13,596 bases of DNA from Octopus sinensis (lineage: Eukaryota). Shown one piece after another: positions 1 through 10,000 of the stretch. Within the stretch, counting starts at the first letter, position 1. Each line of letters begins with the position of its first letter. The notes beneath the pieces are model-generated. The model had not been told where the DNA came from, ran no database searches, and saw only the letters and a list, made by a program, of their open reading frames with translations. The translations under genes were made by a program, and so were the position numbers. The DNA is taken from assembly GCF_006345805.1 (NCBI RefSeq), contig NW_021826112.1:1-13596 (forward strand). The letters run 5' to 3'.

Positions 1-112
1 AATCATATATAGATCTGAAGTTTAAAACGAAAAATAAATTTGTTTTTTTTTGATTCTTTTTCATGTGAACAATCTTTGTATTCCATTCGAAAATTCTACT
101 TTAAATTTTTTC

Positions 113-262
113 AACCCTAACCCAACCAATCCACTAACCTTCACCCTAACCTAACCTTCACCCAACCCTAACCTTCACCCAACCCTAACCTTCACCCAAA
201 CCCTAACCTTCACCCAAACCCTAACCATACCCTAAACCTAACCTATAGCCTAACCATAACCA
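113..262 (-). repeat. Degenerate telomere-like (TTAGGG-derived) tract with a 16-18 bp unit CCCTAA-CCTTCA-CCCAA(A)
   Basis: Exact CCCTAA at 115, 144, 166, 183, 201, 219 and 230, plus CCTAA, CCTTCA, CCCAA(A) and CCATAA variants. Compound units lie at 150-165, 166-182, 183-200 and 201-218. The tract has only one G on the + strand (248). Non-repetitive AT-rich DNA flanks both sides, so it is not a terminal telomere array. Confidence 0.85.
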
Positions 263-437
263 TGAGATAAAAAAGCATGCTTAATTATTGTTTTTTAATG
301 ATAATGGTAATGGTTTAAGCATTGAAAAAAAAAAATCCATAATATATTAATTTTTAAATTAATAAGTAAATATATTTCAATCATTAAATATTTTAAATTG
401 AAAATTTTTAAAAAAATTTAAGAAGCAATGGTCAATG

Positions 438-472
438 GTAGACGAGCGGGGCATGGTAACGAACAGGGCATG
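438..472. repeat. Imperfect GC-rich direct repeat doublet (18 + 17 bp) next to the satellite boundary
   Basis: GTAGACGAGCGGGGCATG (438-455) is followed by GTAACGAACAGGGCATG (456-472), sharing GTA(G)ACGARCRGGGCATG. It contrasts sharply with the very AT-rich 265-420 region. Confidence 0.75.
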
Positions 473-3400
473 TGACTACATATTAGATTAAGAGATGTCC
501 ATAGATTTGAAGACAAGGGGGTCTGATGTACTGAGATTATTTATTAATTTCATAATATATAATAATTTGGAAGGTCTCTAGATTTGTGAGAAAATGGGTG
601 TGAATTGATTGTAATTTATGTAATTAATATGCGTTATATATTATGCAAATAAGACATGTCCTAGATTGAAGAAGACTTGGGGTACTTGAGATTATTTAAA
701 AAATTGCCTAATATATTTTTTCAATTTGGGAGCGTCTCAAGATGTGAGAACATGGGAGTACTTGAGATTATGTAATTTAATATCGTAATATATTATGCAA
801 TTAAGAGATGTCCATAGGTTTGAAGACCATGGGGGGGTACTTGAGATTATGTAATTAATTTCAAAATATATAATTTAATTTGGAAGGTCTCTAGATGTGA
901 GAAAATGGGTGTAATTGTGATTATGTAATTAATTGCGTTATATATTATGCAAATAAGAGATGTCCCTAGATTTGAAGACATTGGGGTACTTGAGATTATT
1001 TAAAGAATTGCCTAATATATTTTACAATTTGGGAGCGTCTCAAGATGTGAGAACATTTGAGTACTTGAGTTTATGAAATTAATTTCATAATATATAATGT
1101 AATTTGGAAGGTCTTTAGATGTTAGGAAATGTGTGTACTTGAAATTATGTAATTAATTGCGTAATATATTATGCAATTAAGAGATGTCCATAGATTTGAA
1201 GACAAGGGGGTACTTGAGATTATTTAATTAATTTCATAATAATAATTTAATTTGGAAGGTCTCTAGATGTGAGAAAATGGGTGTAATTGAGATTATGTAA
1301 TTAATTGCGTAATATATTAGCAATTAAGAGATGTCCATAGATTTGAAGACAAGGGGGTACTTTAGATTATTTAATTAATTTCATAATATATAATTTAATT
1401 GGAAGGTCTCTAGTGTGAGAAAATGGGTGTAATTGAGATTATGTAATTAATTTCGTTATATATTATGCAAATAAGAGATGTCCCTAGATTTGAAGACATG
1501 GGGTACTTGAGATTATTTAAAGAATTGCCTAATATATTTTACAATTGGGAGCGTCTCAAGATGTGAGAACATTTGAGTACTTGAGTTTATGAAATTAATT
1601 TCATAATAATAAATGTAATTGGAAGGTCTCTAGATGTTAGGAAATGTGTGTACTTGAAATTATGTAATTAATTGCGTAATATATTATGCAATTAAGAGAT
1701 GTCCATAGATTTGAAGACAAGGGGGTACTTGAGATTATTTAATTAATTTCATAATATATAATTTAATTTGGAAGGTCTCTAGATGTGAGAAAATGGGTGT
1801 AATTGAGATTATGTAATTAATTGCGTTATATATTATGCAAATAAGACATGTCCCTAGATTTGAAGACATTGGGGTACTTGAGATTATTTAAAGAATTGCC
1901 TAATATATTTTACAATTTGGGAGCGTCTCAAGATGTGAGAACATTTGAGTACTTGAGTTTATGTAATTAATTTCATAATATATAATGTAATTTGGAAGGT
2001 CTCTAGATGTTAGGAAATGTGTGTGTTAATGAAATTATGTAATAATTGGTAATATATTATGCAATTAAGAGATGTCCATAGATTTGAAGACAAGGGGGTA
2101 CTTGAGATTATTTAATTAATTTCATAATATATAATTTAATTTGGAAGGTCTCTAGATGTGAGAAAATGTGTGTAATTGAGATTATGTAATTAATTGCGTT
2201 ATATATTATGCAATTAAGACATGTCCCTAGATTTGAAGACATGGGGGTCCTTGAGATTATTTAATGAATTACGTAATATATTTTACAATTTGTGAGCGTC
2301 TCAAGATGTGAGAACATGGGAGTACTTGAGATTATGTAATTAATATCGTAATATATTATGCAATTAAGAGATGTCCATAGGTTTGAAGACCAGGGGGTAC
2401 TTGAGATTATGTAATTAATTTCAAAATATATAATTTAATTTGGAAGGTCTCTAGATGTGAGAAAATGTGTGTAATTGAGATTATGTAATTAATTGCGTTA
2501 TATATTATGCAAATAAGACATGTCCCTAGATTTGAAGACATTGCGGTACTTGAGATTATTTAAAAAATTGCCTAATATATTTACAATTTGGGAGCGTCTC
2601 AAGAGTGAGAACATGGGAGTACTTGAGAATGTTAATTAATATTAGTAATATATTATGCAATTAAGAGATTCCATAGGTTGAAGACCAGGGGGTACTTGAG
2701 TTTATTTAATTAATTTAATAATAATAATTTAATTTGGAAGGTCTCTAGATGTGAGAAAATGGGTGTAATTGAGATTATGTAATTAATTGCGTTATATACT
2801 ATGCAATTAAGAGATGTCCCTAGATTTGAAGACATGGGGGTACTTGAGATTATTTAAAGAATTGCCTAATATATTTTACAATTTGGGAGCGTCTCAAGAT
2901 GTGAGAACATTTGAGTACTTGAGTTTATGTAATTAATTTCATAATATATAATGTAATTTGGAAGGTCTCTAGATGTTAGGAAATGTGTGTACTTGAAATT
3001 ATGTAATTAATTGCGTAATATATTATGCAATTAAGAGATGTCCATAGATTTGAAGACAAGGGGGTACTTGAGATTATTTAATTAATTTCATAATATATAA
3101 TTTTATTTGGAAGGTCTCTAGATGTGAGAAAATGGGTGTAATTGAGATTATGTAATTAATTGCGTTATATATTATGCAATTAAGACATGTCCCTAGATTT
3201 GAAGACATGGGGGTCCTTGAGATTATTTAATGAATTACGTAATATATTTTACAATTTGTGAGCGTCTCAAGATGTGAGAACATGGGAGTACTTGAGATTA
3301 TGTAATTAATATCGTAATATATTATGCAATTAAGAGATGTCCATAGGTTTGAAGACAAGGGGGTACTTGAGATTATGTAATTAATTTCAAAATATATAAT

Positions 3401-4033
3401 TTAATTTGGAAGGTCTCTAGATGTGAGAAAATGGATGTAATTGAGATTATGTAATTAATTGCGTTATATATTATGCAAATAAACATGTCCCTAGATTTGA
3501 AGACATTAGGGCACTTGAGATTATTTAAAGAATTGCCTAATATATTTTACAATTTGGGAGCGTCTCAAGATGCGAGAACATTTGTATACTTGAGTTTATG
3601 TAATTAATTTCATAATATATATTTTAATTTGGAAGGCCTCTAGATGTTATGAAATGGGTGTACTTGAAATTATGTAATTAATTGCGTAATATATTATGCA
3701 ATTAAGAGAGGTCCATAGATTTGAAGACCATGGGGTACTTGAGATTATTTAATGAATTGCGTAATATATTTTACAATTTGGGAGCGTCTCAAGATGTGAG
3801 AACATGGGAGTACTTGAGATTATGTAATTAATTTCATAATATATAATGTAATTTGGAAGGTCTCTAGATGTGAGAAAATGGGTGTAATTGAGATTATGTA
3901 ATTAATTGCGTTATATACTATGCAATTAAGAGATGTCCCTAGATTTGAAGACATGGGGGTCCTTGAGATTATTTAAAGAATTGCGTAACATATTTTACAA
4001 TTTGGGAGCGTCTCAAGATGTGAGAACATGGGA

Positions 4034-7000
4034 GTACTTGAGTTTATGTAATTAATTTCATAATATATAATGTAATTTGAAAGGTCTCTAGATGTTAGGA
4101 AATGGGTGTACTTGAAATTATGTAATTAATTGCGTAATATATTATGCAATTAAGAGATGTCCATAGATTTGAAGACCAGGGGGTACTTGAGATTATTTAA
4201 TGAATTGCGTAATATGTTTTACAATTTGGGAGCGTCTCAAGATGTGAGAACATGGGAGTACTTGAGATTATGTAATTAATTTCACAATATATAATGTAAT
4301 TTGGAAGGTCTCTAGATATGAGAAAATGGGTGTAATTGAGATTATGTAATTAATTGCGTTATATACTATGCAATTAAGAGATGTCCCTAGATTTGAAGAC
4401 ATGGGGGTCCTTGAGATTATTTAAAGAATTGCCTAACATATTTTACAATTTGGGAGCGTCTCAAGATGTGAGAACATGGGAGTACTTGAGTTTATGTAAT
4501 TAATTTCATAATATATAATGTAATTTGAAAGGTCTCTAGATGTGAGAAAATGCGTGTACTTGAGATTATGTAATATATTGCGTTATATATTATGCAATTA
4601 AGAGATGTCCCTAGATTGGAAGACATTGGGGTACTTTAAATTATTTAAAGAATTGCCTAACATATTTTACAATTTGGGAGCGTCTCAAGATGTGAGAACA
4701 TTTGAGTACTTGAGTTTATGTAATTAATTTCATAATATATAATGTAATTTGGAAGGTCTCTAGATGTTAGGAAATGTGTGTACTTGAAATTATGTAATTA
4801 ATTGCGTAATATATTATGCAATTAAGAGATGTCCATAGATTTGAAGACAAGGGGGTACTTGATTATTTAATAATTTCATAATATATAATTTTATTTGGAA
4901 GGTCTCTAGATGTGAGAAAATGGTGTAATTGAGATTATGTAATTAATGCGTTATATTTATGCAAATAAACATGTCCCTAGATTTTAAGACATTGGGGTAC
5001 TTGAGATTATTTAAAGAATTGCCTAATATATTTACAATTTGGGAGCGTCTCAAGATCTGAGAACATTTGAGTCTTTGAGTTATGTAATAATTTCTATAAT
5101 ATAAATGTGTAATTGGAAGGTCTCTAGATGTTAGGAAATGGGTGTACTTGAAATTATGTAATTAATTGCGTAATATATTATGCAATTAAGAGATGTCAAT
5201 AGATTTGAAGACAAGGGGGTACTTGAGATTATTTAATTAATTTCATAATATATAATTTAATTTGGAAGGTCTCTAGATGTGAGAAAATGGGTGTAATTGA
5301 GATTATGTAATTAATTTCGTTATATATTATGCAATTAAGAGATGTCCCTGATTTGAAGACATGGGGGTCCTTGAGATTATCTAATGAATTACGTAATATA
5401 TTTTACAATTTGTGAGCGTCTCAAGATGTGAGAACATTTGAGTACTTGAGTTTATGTAATTAATTTCATAATATATAATGTAATTTGGAAGGTCTCTAGA
5501 TGTTAGGATATGTGTGTACTTGAAATTATGAATTAATTGCGTAATATTATGCAATTAAGAGATGTCCATAGATTTGAAGACAGGGGGTACTTGAGATTAT
5601 TTAATTATTTCATAAATATAATTTTATTTGGAAGGTCTCTAGATGTGAGAAAATGGGTGTAATTGAGATTATGTAATTAATTGCGTTATATATATGCAAT
5701 TAAGACATGTCCCTAGATTTGAGACATGGGGGTCCTTGAGATTATTTAATGAATTACGTCGTAATATATTTTACAATTTGTGAGCGTCTCAAGATGTGAG
5801 AACATGGGAGTACTTGAGATTATATAATTAATATCGTAATATATTATGCAATTAAGAGATGTCCATAGGTTGAAGACCAGGGGGTACTTGAGATTATGTA
5901 ATTAATTTCAAAATATATAATTTAATTTGGAAGGTCTCTAGATGTGAGAAAATGGGTGTATTGAGATTATGTAATTAATTGCTTTATATATTATGCAAAT
6001 AAACATGTCCCTAGATTTGAAGACATTGGGGCACTTGAGATTATTAAAGAATTGCCTAATATATTTTACAATTTGGGAGCGTCTCAAGATGCGAGAACAT
6101 TTGTATACTTGAGTTTATGTAATTAATTTCATAATATATATTTTAATTTGGAGGCCTCTAGATGTTAGAAATGGTGTACTTGAAATATGTAATTAATTGC
6201 GTACTATTATATGCAATTAAGAGAGGTCCATAGATTTGAAGACCATGGGGTACTTGAGATTATTTAATGAATGCGTAATAAATATTAACAATTTGGGGAG
6301 GTCTCAAGATGTGAGACATGGGAGTACTTGAGATTATGTAATTAATTTCATAATATATAATGTAATTGGAAGGTCTCTAGATGTGAGAAAATGGGTGTAA
6401 TTGAGATTATGTATTAATTGCGTATATATTATGCAATAAGAGATGTCCCTAGATTGAAGACATGGGGGTCCTTGAGATTATTTAAAGAATTGCGTAACAT
6501 ATTTTACAATTGGGAGCGTCTCAAGATGTGAGAACATGGAGTACTTGAGTTTATGTAATTAATTCCATAATATAATGTAATTTAAAGGTCTCTAGATGTT
6601 AGGAAATGGGTGTACTTGAAATTATGTAATTAATTGCGTAATATATTATGCAATTAAGAGATGTCCATAGATTTGAAGACCAGGGGGTACTTGAGATTAT
6701 TTAATGAATTGCGTAATATGTTTTACAATTTGGGAGCGTCTCAAGATGTGAGAACATGGGAGTACTTGAGATTATGTAATTAATTTCATAATATATAATG
6801 TAATTTGGAAGGTCTCTAGATATGAGAAAATGGGTGTAATTGAGATTATGTAATTAATTGCGTTATATACTATGCAATTAAAAGATGTCCCTAGATTTGA
6901 AGACATGGGGGTACTTGAGATTATTTAAAGAATTGCCTAATATATTTTACAATTTGGGAGCGTCTCAAGATGTGAGAACATTTGAGTACTTGAGTTTATG

Positions 7001-10000
7001 TAATTAATTTCATAATATATAATGTAATTTGGAAGGTCTCTAGATGTTAGGATATGTGTGTACTTGAAATTATGTAATTAATTGCGTAATATATTATGCA
7101 ATTAAGAGATGTCCATAGATTTGAAGACAAGGGGTATTGAGATTATTTAATTATTTCATAATATATAATTTATTTGGAAGGTCTCTAGATGTGGAGAAAA
7201 TGGGTTGTAATTGAGATTATGTAATTAATTGCGTTATATATTATGCAATTAAGACATGTCCTAGATTTGAAGACATGGGGGTCCTTGAGATTATTTAATG
7301 AATTACGTAATATTTTACAATTTGTGAGCGTCTCAAGATGTGAGAACATGGGAGTATTGAGATTATGTAATTAATATCGTAATATATTATGCAATTAAGA
7401 GATGTCCATAGGTTAAGACCAGGGGGTACTTGAGATTATGTAATTAATTTCAAAATAATAATTTAATTTGGAGGTCTCTAGATGTGAGAAATGGATGTAA
7501 TTGAGATTATGTAATTAATTGCGTTATATATTATGCAAATAAACATGTCCCTAGATTTGAAAGACATTAGGCACTTGAGATTATTTAAAGAATTGCCTAA
7601 TATATTTTACAATTTGGGAGCGTCTCAAGATGCGAGAACATTTGTATACTTGAGTTTATGTAATTAATTTTATAATATATATTTTAATTTGGAAGGCCTC
7701 TAGATGTTATGAAATGGGTGTACTTGAAATTATGTAATTAATTGCGTAATATATTGCAATAAGAGAGGTCCATAGATTTGAAGACCATGGGGTACTTGAG
7801 ATTATTAATGAATTGCGTAATATATTTTACAATTTGGAGGTCTCAAGATGTGAGAACATGGGAGTACTTGAGATTATGTAATTAATTTCATAAATATAAT
7901 GTAATTGGAAGGTCTCTAGATGTGAGAAAATGGGTGTAATTGAGATTATGTAATTAATTGCGTTATATACTATGCAATTAAGAGATGTCCTAGATTTGAA
8001 GACATGGGGGTCCTTGAGATATTATTAAAGAATTGCGTAACATATTTTACAATTTGGGAGCGTCTCAAGATGTGAGAACATGGGAGTACTTGAGTTTATG
8101 TAATTAATTCATAATATATAATGTAATTGAAAGGTCTCTAGATGTAGAAATGGGTGTACTTGAGATTATGTAATTAATTGCGTAATATATATGCAATTAA
8201 GAGATGTCCATAGATTTGAAGACCAGGGGGTACTTGAGATTATTTAATGAATTGCGTATATGTTTTACAATTTGGGAGCGTCTCAAGATGTGAGAACATG
8301 GAGTACTTGAGATTATGTAATTAATTTCAAATATTAATGTAATTTGGAAGGTCTCTAGATATGAGAAAATGGGTGTAATTGAGATTATGTAAGATTGCGT
8401 TATATACTATGCAATTAAGAGATGTCCCTAGATTTGAAGACATGGGGGTCCTTGAGATTATTTAAAGAATTGCCTAACATATTTACAATTTGGGAGCGTC
8501 TCAAGATGTGAGACCATGGAGTACTTGAGTTTATGTAATTAATTTCATAATATATATGTAATTTGAAAGGTCTCTAGATGTGAGAAAATGCGTGTACTTG
8601 AGATTATGTAATATATTGCGTTATATATTATGCAATTAAGAGATGTCCCTAGATTGGAAGACATTGGGGTACTTTAAATTATTTAAAGAATTGCCTAACA
8701 TATTTTACAATTTGGGAGCGTCTCAAGATGTGAGAACATTTGAGTACTTGAGTTTATGTAATTAATTTCATAATATATAATGTAATTTGGAAGGTCTCTA
8801 GATGTTAGGAAATGGGTGTACTTGAAATTATGTAATTAATTGCGTTATATACTATGCAATTAAGAGATGTCCCTAGATTTGAAGACATGGGGGTCCTTGA
8901 GAATTATTTAAAGAATTGCCTAACACATTTTACAATTTGTGGAGCGTCTCAAGATGTGAGAACATGGGGAGTACTGAGTTTATGTAATTAATTTCATAAT
9001 ATATAATGTAATTTGAAAGGTCTCTAGATGTGAGAAAAATGGGTTGTACTTGAGATTATGTAATAATTGCGTTATATATTATGCAATTAAGAGATGTCCC
9101 TAGATTGGAAGACATTGGGGTACTTTAAATTATTTAAAGAATTGCCTAACATATTTTACAATTTGGGAGCGTCTCAAGATGTGAGAACATGGGAGTACTT
9201 GAGTTATGTAATTAATTTCATAATATAATGTAATTTGAAAGGTCTCTAGATGTTAGGAAATGGGTGTACTTGAAATTATGTAATTAATGCGTAATATATT
9301 ATGCAATTAAGAGATGTCCATAGATTTGAAGACCAGGGGGTACTTGAGATTATTTAATGAATTGCGTAATATGTTACAATTTGGGAGCGTCTCAAGATGT
9401 GAGAACATGGGAGTACTTGAGATTATGTAATTAATTTCACAATATATAATGTAATTTGGAAGGTCTCTAGATATGAGAAAATGGGTGTAATTGAGATTAT
9501 GTAATTAATTGCGTTATATATTATGCAATTAAGAGATGTCCCTAGATTTGAAGACATGGGGGTCCTTGAGATTATTTAAAGAATGTTCCTAATCATATTT
9601 ACAATTGGGAGCGTCTCAAGATGTGAGAGAACATGGAGAGTACTTGAGTTTATGTAATTAATTTCATAATATATAATGTAATTTGAAGGTCTCTAGATGT
9701 GAGAAAATGCGTGTACTTGAGATTATGTAATATATTGCGTTATATATATGCAATTAGAGATGTCCCTAGATTGGAAGACATTGGGGTACTTTAAATATTT
9801 AAAGAATTGCCTAACATATTTTACAATTTGGGAGCGTCTCAAGATGTGAGAACATTTGAGTACTTGAGTTTATGTAATTAATTCATAATATTAATGTAAT
9901 TTGGAAGGTCTCTAGATGTTAGGAAATGGTGTACTTGAAATTATGTAATTAATTGCGTAATATATTATGCAATTAAGAGATGTCCATAGATTTGAAGACA

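Larger units (their letters stand above)
1..479. mobile_element. Possible end of a non-autonomous DNA element (Helitron/Helentron-like architecture); tentative
   Basis: Inference only. A CCTAACC-type degenerate tract, an AT-rich spacer and a short GC-rich subterminal repeat pair resemble the layout of some non-autonomous Helitron/Helentron-type elements in animals. No transposase, no second end and no target site is visible. Confidence 0.25.

Noticed and set aside
113-262. True chromosome-terminal telomere
   Set aside because: There are 112 bp of non-telomeric DNA to its left and no two perfect CCCTAA units are adjacent.
265-420. AT-rich inverted repeats, poly-A and TATA-like motifs (e.g. 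AAATTTTT/AAAAATTT at 402-419)
   Set aside because: These are expected by chance in very low-complexity AT-rich sequence, and there is no associated gene.
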